DNA from: Nemertoderma westbladi
Taxonomy: Eukaryota > Animalia > Xenacoelomorpha
Reading direction: 5' to 3'
DNA length: 33,607 nucleotides
Assembly (NCBI GenBank): GCA_032718475.1
Contig: JAUCBJ010004887.1
Location: forward strand, 1 to 33,607
Positions 1 to 12,767 of the stretch are shown here, piece by piece. The notes beneath the pieces are model-generated. The model did no database searches, was not told where the DNA came from, and saw only the letters and a program-made list of their open reading frames with translations. The translations under genes were made by a program, and so were the position numbers. Position 1 is the first letter of the stretch, and every line of letters starts with the position of its first letter.

Positions 1-567
1 AGTAAGAAGCACTGCTTCACTTGTCCAAATAATAACAATCTGGTCGGTTTAATACCGCACAAAATTTTCGAATTATTTGCTAGCTATGTTCAATGTAAAC
101 AAACATATTATACCCTAACTTATTCGACCATTCATATACATTGGTTTATATTTAATGTCAATCATGACATTAAATACAGTGGTAGCGTGCAGTAATGCAT
201 ATATCGATCTACTGCGGCGAGCTAGTTGAGTGAATGAATACAATCTGTAATGATAAAGATAATGGAAGGCTGCTTCTATGTCTAAAAATAGTAATTAATT
301 TCTGTAGAGTAATCACATTTCCAAGAAGTATAACCACGTATCGTATTGCCCAAATAGCAGTAAGCACCCTTACAAAAACAGCCATATATGAAGCGATCAA
401 ATTGGTTGATATTTCGCTAAGCTTTGCTGTTATTTATGACCACTAGTGGAGGCGGGTGTGTTGGGAGAATGGGGGTGGGTCTCATAAACGATGTGGGTCG
501 ATAATTCCCCATCACCCAAGTCAACGGTTATTTTGTTCTACTCTTGGTCTTTTTAATTTATTTGCAG

Positions 568-1145
568 GATCTTTTCTTTGAATACGAGTGGAACAATTTC
601 CTACATCACCAAGTTGAACTTATCGTAAAACACGTATTATCGAACGAGATACTGTCTACGCATAATGATCAACATGTCGGTACAACAAACGGACAAGGTC
701 AAACAAACGGACAAGTGGGAAGTAGTGACGCACAACAGCCAATCAGTAGAGAGGGACAGCTGTCTAATATTGCACATCCACTACCTGAAGTACAGCAATC
801 GCAAACTCAACCCAGCCAACCACAGACTCAACCCAGCCAACCACTGACACAACAAAGCCAACCACAGGCACAACAAAGCCAACCACAGACACAACCTAGC
901 CAAACACAGACACAACCACCCCAACCACAAGCACATCCAAGCCAACCACAGACACAATCCAGCCTACCACAGACACAGCTCAGCCAACCACAGACACAGC
1001 TCATCCAACCAAAACCACCCAGCCAACCTTTACTGTCATTGCATCAGCCAAACCTTATACACCACCTTATCATAGACTGTCGTCTCATTCATAGAATCAT
1101 TGCCCCATTTTTAGACAACGATCTCGAATTCGGTTCAGAAAACAG
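568..1145 (+). CDS. PPP6R: Internal exon A of a SAPS-domain protein phosphatase 6 regulatory subunit (PPP6R1/2/3-like)
   Basis: Acceptor ttttaatttatttgcag|GAT at 567/568 and donor AACAG|gtgggt at 1145/1146 (phase 0 in, phase 2 out). DLFFEYEWNNFLHHQVE matches the SAPS motif DLFF.Y.WNNFLH.QVE. LIHHLIIDCRLIHRII resembles the following conserved helix. Confidence 0.9.
799..1030 (+). repeat. Coding 21-bp minisatellite encoding Q/P/T/S heptads (QPSQPQT-like, ~11 copies) inside exon A
   Basis: Repeating (c)cacagacacaacccagccaa-like units; protein QTQPSQP QTQPSQP LTQQSQP QAQQSQP... Confidence 0.85.
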
Positions 1146-1865
1146 GTGGGTAGACTCATGTACCGAATAGCCACTGGTACCTAAATGTATCGGTGGAAAG
1201 ATACAGATACCTATTGTATAGGAGGGTAGACACATATACGTAATGGTAGGCACAGGTACCTACCATATTGTACCTACCTATTGTACAGGAGGGTAGACAC
1301 ATGTACGTAAAGGTAGGCACAGGTACCTACCATATTGTACCTACCTATTGTACAGGAGGGTAGACACATGTACGTAATGGTAGGCACAGGTACCTACCAT
1401 ATTGTACCTACCTGAGGGTAGACACGTGTACGTAATGGTAGCCACAGGTACCTACCATATTGTACCTACCTATTGTACAGGAGGGTAGACACATGTACGT
1501 AATGGTAGGCACAGGTACCTACCATATTGTACCTACCTATTGTACAGGAGGGTAGACACATATACGTAATGGTAGGCACAGGTACCTACCATATTGTACC
1601 TACCTATTGTACAGGAGGGTAGACACATATACGTAATGGTAGGCACAGGTACCTACCATATTGTACCTACCTATTGTACAGGAGGGTAGACACAATATGT
1701 ACGTAATGGTAGGCACAGGTACCTACCATATTGTACCTACGTATTGTACAGGAGGGTAGACACATGTACGTATTGGTAGACAAGCACATGTACGTATTGG
1801 TAGATTCGGCAACCTATTGTATAGGTGGGGTATAGAGACAGGTACCGGGTAGACACAGGGTACCT
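1142..1865 (+). repeat. 67-bp minisatellite (~9 copies plus degenerate ends) starting at the exon A donor
   Basis: Unit acaggagggtagacacatgtacgtaatggtaggcacaggtacctaccatattgtacctacctattgt. gaggg recurs at 1481 and 1548 (67-bp spacing). Internal hairpin ATGGTAGG...CCTACCAT. Confidence 0.9.
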
Positions 1866-1971
1866 GATTTAATTTCGACCTTCTTTATCTGTGAATCTCA
1901 CTGCCCATCAAATACGCAGTTTAAACTTCAACTTCGATTTTCTAATCAATTAATTAAGAAATTGATATTTG

Positions 1972-4900
1972 TTTTGGATACACACACGGCCATGGTAACG
2001 TGTTCCTGGATACACACACGGCCATGGTAACGTGTTCCTGGATACACACACGGCCATGGTAACGTGTTCCTGGATACACACACGGCCATGGTAACGTGTT
2101 CCTGGATACACACACGGCCATGGTAACGTGTTCCTGGATACACACACGGCCATGGTGGGGTGTTCCTGGATACACACACGGCCATGGTAACGTGTTCCTG
2201 GATACACACACGGCCATTGTAACGTGTTCCTTTTGGATATAAACACGGCCATTGTAACGTGTTCCTTTTGGATATAAACACGGCCATTGTAACGTGTTCC
2301 TTTTGGATATAAACACGGTCATTGTAACGTGTTCCTTTTGGATACACACACGGCCATTGTAACATGTTCCTTTTGGATACACACACGGCCATTGCAACGT
2401 GTTCCTTTTGGATACACACACGGCCATTGTAACGTGTTCCTTTTGGATACACACACGGCCATTGCAACGTGTTCCTTTTGGATACACACACGGCCATTGT
2501 AACGTGTTCCTTTTGGATACACACACGGCCATTGCAACGTGTTCCTTTTGGATACACACACGGCCATTGCAACGTGTTCCTTTTGGATACACACACGGCC
2601 ATTGTAACGTGTTGGATACACACACGGCCATGGTAACGTGTTCCTTTTGGATACACACACGGCCATTGTAACATGTTCCTTTTGGATACACACACGGCCA
2701 TTGCAACGTGTTCCTTTTGGATACACACACGGCCATTGTAACGTGTTCCTTTTGGATACACACACGGCCATTGCAACGTGTTCCTTTTGGATACACACAC
2801 GGCCATTGTAACGTGTTCCTTTTGGATACACACACGGCCATTGCAACGTGTTCCTTTTGGATACACACACGGCCATTGTAACGTGTTCCTTTTGGATACA
2901 CACACGGCCATAGTAACGTGTTCCTTTTGGATACACACACGGCCATTGTAACGTGTTCCTTTTGGATACACACACGGCCATTGCAACGTGTTCCTTTTGG
3001 ATACACACACGGCCATTGTAACGTGTTCCTTTTGGATACACACACGGCCATTGCAACGTGTTCCTTTTGGATACACACACGGCCATTGTAACGTGTTCCT
3101 TTTGGATACACACACGGCCATAGTAACGTGTTCCTTTTGGATACACACACGGCCATAGTAACGTGTTCCTTTTGGATGCACACGGCCATTGCAACGTGTT
3201 CCTGGATACACACATGGCCATTATAACGTGTTCCTTTTGGATACACACACGGCCATTGTAACGTGTTGGATACACACACGGCCATGGTAACGTGTTCCTT
3301 TTGGATACACACACGGCCATTGTAACGTGTTCCTTTTGGATACACACACGGCCATTGCAACGTGTTCCTTTTGGATACACACACGGCCATTGTAACGTGT
3401 TCCTTTTGGATACACACACGGCCATAGTAACGTGTTCCTTTTGGATACACACACGGCCATAGTAACGTGTTCCTTTTGGATGCACACGGCCATTGCAACG
3501 TGTTCCTGGATACACACACGCCCATTATAACGTGTTCCTTTTGGATACACACACGGCCATAGTAACGTGTTCCTTTTGGATGCACACGACCATTGCAACG
3601 TGTTCCTGGATACACACATGGCCATTATAACGTGTTCCTTTTGGATACACACACGTCCATTGTAACGTGTTCCTTTTGTATACACACACGGCCATTGCAA
3701 CGTGTTCCTTTTGGATACACACACGGCCATTGTAACGTGTTCCTGGATACACACACGGCCATTGTAACGTGTTCCTTTTGGATGCACACGGCCATTGCAA
3801 CGTGTTCCTGGATACACACACGGCCATTATAACGTGTTCCTTTTGGATACACACACGGCCATAGTAACGTGTTCCTTTTGGATGCACACGGCCATTGCAA
3901 CGTGTTCCTGGATACACACACGGCCATTATAACGTGTTCCTTTTGGATACACACACGGCCATTGTAACGTGTTCCTTTTGGATACACACACGGCCATTGC
4001 AACGTGTTCCTTTTGGATACACACACGGCCATTGTAACGTGTTCCTGGATACACACACGGCCATTGTAACGTGTTCCTTTTGGATACACAACACACACGG
4101 CCATTGTAACGTGTTCCTTTTGGATGCACACGGCCATTGTAACGTGTTCCTTTTGGATGCACACGGCCATTGCAACGTGTTCCTGGATACACACACGGCC
4201 ATTATAACGTGTTCCTTTTGGATACACACACGGCCATTGTAACGTGTTCCTTTTGGATACACACACGGCCACTGTAACGTGTTCATTTTGGATAAACACA
4301 CGGCCATTGCAACGTGTTCCTTTTGGATACACACACGGCCATTGTAACGTGTTCCTGGATACACACACGGCCATTGTAACGTGTTCCTTTTGGATACACA
4401 ACACACACGGCCATTGTAACGTGTTCCTTTTGGATACTCACACGGCCATTGTAACGTGTTCCTTTTGGATACACACACGGCCATTGTAACGTGTTCCTTT
4501 TGGATACACACACGGCCATTGTAACGTGTTTTTTTTGGATACACACACGGCCATTGTAACGTGTTCCTTTTGGATACACACACGGCTATTGTAACGTGTT
4601 CCTTTTGGATACACACACGGCCATTGTAACGTGTTCCTTTTGGATACACACACGGCCATTGTAACGTGTTCCTTTTGGATACACACACGGCCATTGTAAC
4701 GTGTTCCTTTTGGATACACACACGGCCATTGTAACGTGTTCATTTTGGATAAACACACGGCCATTGCAACGTGTTCCTTTTGGATACACACACGGCCATT
4801 GTAACGTGTTCCTGGATACACACACGGCCATTGTAACGTGTTCCTTTTGGATACACAACACACACGGCCATTGTAACGTGTTCCTTTTGGATACTCACAC

Positions 4901-6947
4901 GGCCATTGTAACGTGTTCCTTTTGGATACACACACGGCCATTGTAACGTGTTCCTTTTGGATACACACACGGCCATTGTAACGTGTTTTTTTTTTGGATA
5001 CACACACGGCCATTGTAACGTGTTCCTTTTGGATACACACACGGCTATTGTAACGTGTTCCTTTTGGATACACACACGGCCATTGTAACGTGTTCCTTTT
5101 GGATACACACACGGCCATTGTAACGTGTTCCTTTTGGATACACACACGGCCATAGTAACGTGTTCCTTTTGGATGCACACGGCCATTGCAACGTGTTCCT
5201 GGATACACACACGGCCATTATAACGTGTTCCTTTTGGATACACACACGGCCATTGTAACGTGTTCCTTTTGGATGCACACGGCCATTGCAACGTGTTCCT
5301 GGATACACACACGGCCATTATAACGTGTTCCTTTTGGATACACACACGGCCATAGTAACGTGTTCCTTTTGGATGCACACGGCCATTGCAACGTGTTCCT
5401 GGATACACACACGGCCATTATAACGTGTTCCTTTTGGATACACACACGGCCATTGTAACGTGTTCCTTTTGGATACACACACGGCTATTGTAACGTGTTC
5501 CTTTTGGATACACACACGGCCATTGTAACGTGTTCCTTTTGGATACACACACGGCCATAGTAACGTGTTCCTTTTGGATGCACACGGCCATTGCAACGTG
5601 TTCCTGGATACACACACGGCCATTATAACGTGTTCCTTTTGGATACACACACGGCCATTGTAACGTGTTCCTTGTGGATACACACACGGCCATTGTAACG
5701 TGTTCCTGGATACACACACGGCCATTGTAACGTGTTCCTTTTGGATACACAACACACACGGCCATTGTAACGTGTTCCTTGTGGATACACACACGGCCAT
5801 TGTAACGTGTTCCTTGTGGATACACACACGGCCATTGTAACGTGTTCCTGGATACACACACGGCCATTGTAACGTGTTCCTTTTGGATACACAACACACA
5901 CGGCCATTGCAACGTGTTCCTTTTGGATACACAACACACACGGCCATTGTAACGTGTTCCTTTTGGATACACACACGGCCATTGTAACGTGTTACTTTTG
6001 GATACACACACGGCCATTGTAACGTGTTCCTTTTGGATACACACACGGCCATTGTAACGTGTTTTTTTTTGGATACACACACGGCCATTGTAACGTGTTC
6101 CTTTTGGATACACACACGGCCATTGTAACGTGTTCCTTTTGGATACACACACGGCCATAGTAACGTGTTCCTTTTGGATACACACACGGCCATTGTAACA
6201 TGTTTTTTTTTGGATACACACACGGCCATTGTAACGTGTTCCTTTTGGATACACACACGGCCATTGTAACGTGTTCCTTTTGGATACACACACGGCCATA
6301 GTAACGTGTTCCTTTTGGATACACACACGGCCATAGTAACGTGTTCCTTTTGGATACACACACGGCCATTGTAACGTGTTCCTTTTGGATACACACACGG
6401 CCATTGTAACGTGTTCCTTTTGGATACACACACGGCCATTGTAACGTGTTACTTTTGGATACACACACGGCCATTGTAACGTGTTCCTTTTGGATACACA
6501 CACGGCCATTGTAACGTGTTTTTTTTTGGATACACACACGGCCATTGTAACGTGTTCCTTTTGGATACACACACGGCCATTGTAACGTGTTCCTTTTGGA
6601 TACACACACGGCCATAGTAACGTGTTCCTTTTGGATACACACACGGCCATTGTAACATGTTTTTTTTTGGATACACACACGGCCATTGTAACGTGTTCCT
6701 TTTGGATACACACACGGCCATTGTAACGTGTTCCTTTTGGATACACACACGGCCATAGTAACGTGTTCCTTTTGGATACACACACGGCCATAGTAACGTG
6801 TTCCTTTTGGATACACACACGGCCATTGTAACGTGTTCCTTTTGGATACACACACGGCCATTGTAACGTGTTCCTTTTGGATACACACACGGCCATAGTA
6901 ACGTGTTCTTTTGGATACACACACGGCCATAGTAACGTGTTCCTTTT
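1972..6947. repeat. 35-bp satellite array (~140-145 units, with 32/33-bp and other variants)
   Basis: Unit ttttggatacacacacggccattgtaacgtgttcc repeated head-to-tail with no spacers. It produces the repetitive ORFs in the track. Confidence 0.97.
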
Positions 6948-7095
6948 AATAATAGCGCCTGGGTCGCTGGGTCATTAGCTAAACTAAAAATAGTAAATAA
7001 TACCATTTATTTTATGGCCCAGCAGCACCAGCACCACCCAACCCCACCCCACCTGCACCACCTAACTCATTTAATTATGTGTGTTTATGTTACAG

Positions 7096-7300
7096 CCTCT
7101 TGAAACTAAGTTGCCGCTATGGCTATATGGGCCATCTAATGACTATGGCTAAACACCTAGCGGAGAGCAGTTCTGTTCAACCAAATGGAGTTACTATTAG
7201 AGATTGTTTGGATGAGTTACCGGTAGACATCAAGGAGAGATGGGATTTATTCTCCATCCAAACCCTTGTATTATGGTCTAACAGAAATTCTACTGATCTT
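7096..7300 (+). CDS. PPP6R: Internal exon B of the PPP6R/SAPS gene
   Basis: Acceptor gtttatgttacag|C in phase 2 (AG+C = Ser with exon A); donor CTT|gtgagt in phase 0. Encodes RYGYMGHLMTMA (SAPS R.GYMGHL motif) and ERWDLF...L...NRN..DL. Confidence 0.9.
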
Positions 7301-8069
7301 GTGAGTTCTATGTGATTTACATTAGTTTATTTGTTGTTGATGTCTAACACCATACAGTCGTTATTGTAGTGACAACATATTGTAATGACTGGAGGAACAC
7401 TTTTAGCTTGTTTCTGTATGCGGCGGAATTATCAAGATTACGATTGCCCTCGGACGGAGTTTTCCATGTCGGAAATGTCCGGATCCAAATATAAACAATG
7501 AGCATATGAAATTAATATTATATATTGTCCGTACGTGTAAACTGTATATTATGGTGTTTCGAAAAAACACTTTTTTCATATTTTCATTGCTCAAGTGAAT
7601 TTCCCCATTGCATTTCACCTCAAAACATTATTAACGAATTTTCTCCAACAAATATTAATGTTTAAGAGGTGGTACATCAGAACCAAAATATTAAAAATGA
7701 CGCCGCGCCTACATTTTTTGCGCTTCTACCTGAAATTTTCAAATTTGAAATTTTCAGTCCTCAAGTAGTTTAATATAATCAATCACAATGGTTGTAATCG
7801 ATTTTTCGCGCCTCCGTAGGCAAACATACAAAAATACACTCCGTCGTGATTCTGATTTAAAAATGCAATAATCACTACACAATTATTCCCTTTCCCACCG
7901 TAATATTTCATTCCGTTAATATCCAGTATTACAACATATTTCCATCCAAGGCATCTTTAATCGCCTTCACCCACATTTCCAACCAATATTGCCGGCTACT
8001 CCCCTACCACTCTAAATAATTTTTATTTAGAAAAGTTACAAAATTCAGAAAAGTTATTTTTAAAACCCG

Positions 8070-9958
8070 TTTCGTTTTTCAAAATCTACTTAGCCTATCA
8101 GCCTCAAAAAGTACCGGTCTAGACCTAATACCTGCCCGTTTTCTTAAGGATGGTGCTGAAGTACTTAAAGTGCCTATTACATTTATTATTAATTACTCTA
8201 TCGTAGATAATGTAGTACCAGACGAACTGAAATTAGTTAAGGTTGTTCCTCTGTATAAAAAGAATAGTAAAGTAGAACCCTGTAATTACAGACCTGTTAG
8301 TATCTTAAGTATTGTATCTAAAATTCTAGAATGTTCTGTTTTTCTACAGCTGGAGGCACATCTTAGGAGGCTAAATCTGATCTATGAACTTCAGTCCAGT
8401 TTTCGTAAATCATATTCTACAGACACCTGCCTTATTAACTTAACTGATACAATTAGATGTAATAACGCAAAGGGTTTATATACTGGTATGGTAATGTTGG
8501 ACCTACAAAAGGCTTTCGATACAGTAGATCACGAAATTCTGCTTGGTAAGTTAGGCCTGATGGGTGTAGGTTCTATAGACTGGTTCAAGTCCTACCTGTC
8601 AGACAGAGGTCAAACTGTAGTCATTAGCAAATCGCAGTCTACTGTACACGAGATTACCTGTGGTGTACCGCAAGGTAGTATATTAGGTCCTCTGCTTTTT
8701 GTATGCTATGTAAATGATATGATAAGTAGTATAGATCCCGATTTTAAACTCATTTTATATGCCGACGACAGTGCTCTTATTTTCTCTCATAAAGATCCTA
8801 TCCATATTTCCCAAAAGTTAAGTGCAGTTCTAGAATCCTGTAATGAGTGGTTGGTTGATAATAAGCTATCCATTCACTACGGTAAGACTGAAAGTATTTT
8901 GTTTGGTTCCAAAAGAAAGTTAAAGAAGGTAACTAAGTTTGAAGTCACTAGTAATGGACATAAGATTGAAAATAAAAAGGAAGTTAAATATTTAGGCGCC
9001 ACATTGGATAACTGCTTATCAGGAGAAAGCACAGTGAAAAATATTTTCTCGAAAGTTAACAGTAGGCTTAGGTTTCTATACAGAAATAAAAATAGTTTAA
9101 ACACCGACTCCCACAAGTTACTTTGCCCTTCTTTAATACAGTGTCACATGGACTATGCATTCTCTTCTTGGTATGAAGGCTTAACCAAACAGCTTAAATG
9201 TAAATTACAAGTAGCTCAGAATAAAGTAGTACGATTTATTAAAGACTACAAACCTAGGCACCACCTAACTCCAGATGACTTTTCTGAATCTGGACTACTT
9301 AACTTAGATAGTAGAGTTAAGCAGCTACGCCTTAACCATGTGCATAAAGTGTATAATGGTAAATGTCCCAATTACCTAAAACAAAAATTCAACAGAGTAC
9401 GCGATACACACTCTTACAGTACCAGAGCTAGTGCTTCAAACTTCTACCTCCCGAATTGTAAATCCTTTGAATCTGATACTTTCTTTTTTAACGGTATTAA
9501 AAATTGGAACGCTCTGCCTAATGAAATTAAAAACCTATATAATCAACATTCTTTTAAATCTGCAGTTAAATCTCACCTCCGTGTGCAATGTAAAAATAGG
9601 TACAATAGTCCTACAGTAAGTTATTAGTTTAATAATTATTTACTATTTATACTGTAATTATGTTTTATATTAAATTGTTCTGTACATTACATCTTTATCG
9701 TTGAGTCGGGCATTGTCACGCTCTCGGTAAAGTTGTACATGTACATAGTGTAATTACGTTTTATATTGGTTTTAGGTTAGCTTAGTGTAATATTGTATTT
9801 GTAACCAAGTAACATAAAGGACCCCCTTGGAAATAAGCTGCAAAGCTTTAGGGGTAATCCTATATGTTATGTTGGACAATACCTTTATACCGGTACATTG
9901 TTTGGTGTATTTGTTATTGTTTTTACATAATGTATAAATAAATCTATCTATCTATCTA
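8070..9958 (+). mobile_element. 5'-truncated non-LTR retrotransposon (LINE), CR1/L2 group
   Basis: RT ORF followed by a ~330-bp 3' UTR with a stem-loop-like segment (ggacccccttgg...aggggtaatcc), AATAAA and an (ATCT)n tail at 9942-9958. No endonuclease domain or ORF1 upstream. The 5' boundary is approximate. Confidence 0.9.
8170..9627 (+). CDS. LINE ORF2 fragment: reverse transcriptase domain and C-terminus
   Basis: Motifs [45 protein letters not shown] and KYLG. The frame extends upstream through [15 protein letters not shown] (from ~8100), so this is a truncated ORF2 without a genuine start codon. Confidence 0.92.
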   Translation: MPITFIINYSIVDNVVPDELKLVKVVPLYKKNSKVEPCNYRPVSILSIVSKILECSVFLQLEAHLRRLNLIYELQSSFRKSYSTDTCLINLTDTIRCNNAKGLYTGMVMLDLQKAFDTVDHEILLGKLGLMGVGSIDWFKSYLSDRGQTVVISKSQSTVHEITCGVPQGSILGPLLFVCYVNDMISSIDPDFKLILYADDSALIFSHKDPIHISQKLSAVLESCNEWLVDNKLSIHYGKTESILFGSKRKLKKVTKFEVTSNGHKIENKKEVKYLGATLDNCLSGESTVKNIFSKVNSRLRFLYRNKNSLNTDSHKLLCPSLIQCHMDYAFSSWYEGLTKQLKCKLQVAQNKVVRFIKDYKPRHHLTPDDFSESGLLNLDSRVKQLRLNHVHKVYNGKCPNYLKQKFNRVRDTHSYSTRASASNFYLPNCKSFESDTFFFNGIKNWNALPNEIKNLYNQHSFKSAVKSHLRVQCKNRYNSPTVSY

Positions 9959-12767
9959 CAAATTACTGCCATCCAATAAAGGAGGTCACTATACAACCTC
10001 CCTCCTTTTTCTCATTGACCCCTCACCCCTCAGTGCGCCAACATTCATCCACCTTATTAATCTCACCCAGTTATTAACAAAGGAATAATTGATAACCAGC
10101 AAACTCTATTGCCATTCAACAGTAGTCGGTTATTGGTCAGTCTAACAACCACATATTAATTATATTTTACATGGGTTGAACGTAAATCACTGCACAAGAA
10201 AGACAAACTATGTTTAGGTGATAATTAGGGGTGAACTTCATATTGACCCCACACCGGGTTTAAATGGGGCCACATTCGGATGGAAAAGTCAGTCCCAAAA
10301 ACCAGCCTCATAGTTGGCCCCCTCGGCAGCTAAGCTAGGCTCTGCTCCAAGGTATTGGACTTCCTTCATCCCAGGCAGGCCTTAACGGGTTCGCGGTTGC
10401 TGGGAAGGTAAGACGATTCCGCCTCAGGACTGAGTTTCGCTGCTAACTAGCCCCAGAGCGCTCGCGCACTCTGTCCACTGGCTACTTAGTTCGTCTCAGG
10501 ACCGACTATTTATTTTTGGGGGCAAAGTATCAGTGTCCCTATAGGCTTCAACTCTGTCAGTTACCAACGGTGGTGCTTGTGCACTCTGTCCGCTGGCTAC
10601 AGTTCATCCCAGGCTCTCCCGCCAGTATCGACGGTATAGCTTTGAGGGCAAAGTAACATCTATCCATTTGCGTCCAATCTGTCCCACCCCTGTTTGGGCT
10701 CAGAGCGCGTGATAGCGTGAAGCTGCTGTATTTTTAGCATAGCGAAACGACTAAAAATACTGTATTTTTCTATACTGTTTTGTTTATATACTGTTTTGGA
10801 CTATATTTTGATTATTTGAGGCTATACTAACGGACCCAAAGCACCCCTCACCCGGTTTATCTTTTTCCTCATCCCAGAGGTTTTTCTATGGTGTTACAGT
10901 CAGTACACTATTTTTATATGCCAGAAGAGAGCAATATACATCTTGGGAAGAACAGAAATCACTGTGTTTTTGCACTATCTTGAAGGGTTGTGGATGTCCG
11001 TAAATAACAAGTCATTGAAGGACCGTGTTCTAGTGGGAAATATTTCTTATCAGCCGGGAACCAAAACAATAAGGGGAAGAATAGCACTTCTTGGAACCTT
11101 TAGAGATTCAAACCCGTTTTAGGAGCTTATCGTGCCAAGAGGCACGAGAAATCCATTACAATGGTGATTGTGAAGTTTTCTTATGAAGTTCTTTTTATTG
11201 AGTTGATCATAGGGGTGATTGAGAGACACTCACTTTTTTCCAAATACTGGAAAATTCTGAAAAATTGTCACATATAAACTTTTCAGATGTTATATTTTAG
11301 GTGTTAGATATATTATATCCAGCCCTCAATTAGTTTATAGTTAATCTTGTTATTGTGAAGTTATTAACATCAAAATTAATTATATCGGTTGGAATATAGG
11401 GGTGGTATAGACACAGTTTATTAGGCCTAATATTGACATAATTGGGATTGGCGAATAGAATCGTAAGTGTAATAATGTAAGTTTATGTTAATTCCTAAGG
11501 TGAAGCGACAAACACATTTGTTCTGTTCAAATTAAGTTGAGTTAGTGAAAATAAATGTTATAATCAAAACAAAACTTATCCTACAACATTTGTCTCATTT
11601 GAATCGCAAACGTCATTTTAGTGGGGGTAGACACCATAAAAACAACACAAGAATTATTAGTTCTCGAGATATTGCACAAAAGGTAAATGGTAGCTCAACT
11701 TACCATTAGCGCATCAATGAGATATTGGAATATTACAAAAAAAAAGGGTGCTTCTAATTATCCCACAGAATTAAATGTGCTCATTCGATCCGCAATGATC
11801 GATTTAGTTGGGGTAGACACCATCGATTTAGTTGGGGTAGACACCATCAATACGACAGAATAATTAGTTCCCGAGATATAGTACAACATGTGAAGGGTTG
11901 ATCGAGAACTAATACATGTTGTGTTGTTTTCATGGTGCCTACCCCCACTAAAATAACGTTTGCGATTCAAATGAGACAAATATGAGGCCTGTACGATCAA
12001 CAGAAGTGAAAAAATGGTGAAGCTCTTCTGTGACGATTGATCGCGAAATCTGCGATGCTGTGAAAATCTGTAGACAGTTTGGATACTGAAAATCTTGAAA
12101 TATTTTTGTGAAATGTTGTAGGATTAGTTTTTGTTTTGATTATAACATTTATTTTCACTAACTCAACTTAATTTGAACAAAAAAATGTGTTTGTCGCTTC
12201 ACCTTAGGAATTAACATAAACTTACATTATTACACTTACGATTCCATTCGCCAATCCCAATTATGTCAATATTAGGCCTAATAAACTGTGTCTATACCAC
12301 CCCTATATTTTAACTGATATAATTAATTTTTGTGTTAATAACTTCACACTAACAAGATTAACTAGACAAACCAGTTGAGGGCTGGATATAATATATCTAA
12401 CACCTAAATTATAATATCTGAAAAGTTTATATATGACAATTTTTCAGAATTTTCCAGTATTTTGAAAAAAGTAAAAATTTCTGTAGTACTACCCCTATGC
12501 ATCAACTCAATCAAAAAAATTTCATAAGAAAATCTTCAAGATTTCAGTTAGAAACGCAAAAAAGTAGGCACCGCTTCATTTTTCAATATTGTGGGTCTGA
12601 TGTACCACCACCTTTACATTATTTAATATTTTTTGAGAAGAATTTGTTTCTATTGTTTTTAGGTGAAATGCAATGGGAAACTTCACTTGAGCAATGAAAA
12701 TATGAAAAAAGTGTTTTTTCGAAACACCCTACTGTAGTACACCCTGTAATTATAACTTATTTTACAG

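Larger units (their letters stand above)
7551..12730. mobile_element. Non-autonomous foldback / long-TIR DNA element whose left arm is split by a ~3.4-kb insertion
   Basis: 7551-7737 is the reverse complement of ~12541-12730 (GGTGTTTCGAAAAAACACTTTTTTCATATTTTCATTGCTCAAGTGAA...). 11171-11591 pairs with 12111-12538, and 11588-11667 with 11902-11980. The TSD is ambiguous (TA, or degenerate actgta-containing flanks). No transposase ORF. Confidence 0.7.

Noticed and set aside
544-1170. Stand-alone 208-aa single-exon gene
   Set aside because: The TTG start lies in a polypyrimidine tract. SAPS similarity begins at the acceptor and continues in the exon at 7096.
1972-6947. CRISPR array (35-bp partly palindromic repeat)
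   Set aside because: Units are directly adjacent with no unique spacers, there are no cas genes, and the context is a eukaryotic intron.
1946-7006. Many long overlapping ORFs (up to 553 aa, Cys/Val-rich repeats)
   Set aside because: They are translations of the 35-bp satellite. The same peptides cycle through all three frames, the unit is not a multiple of 3, and the region is intronic.
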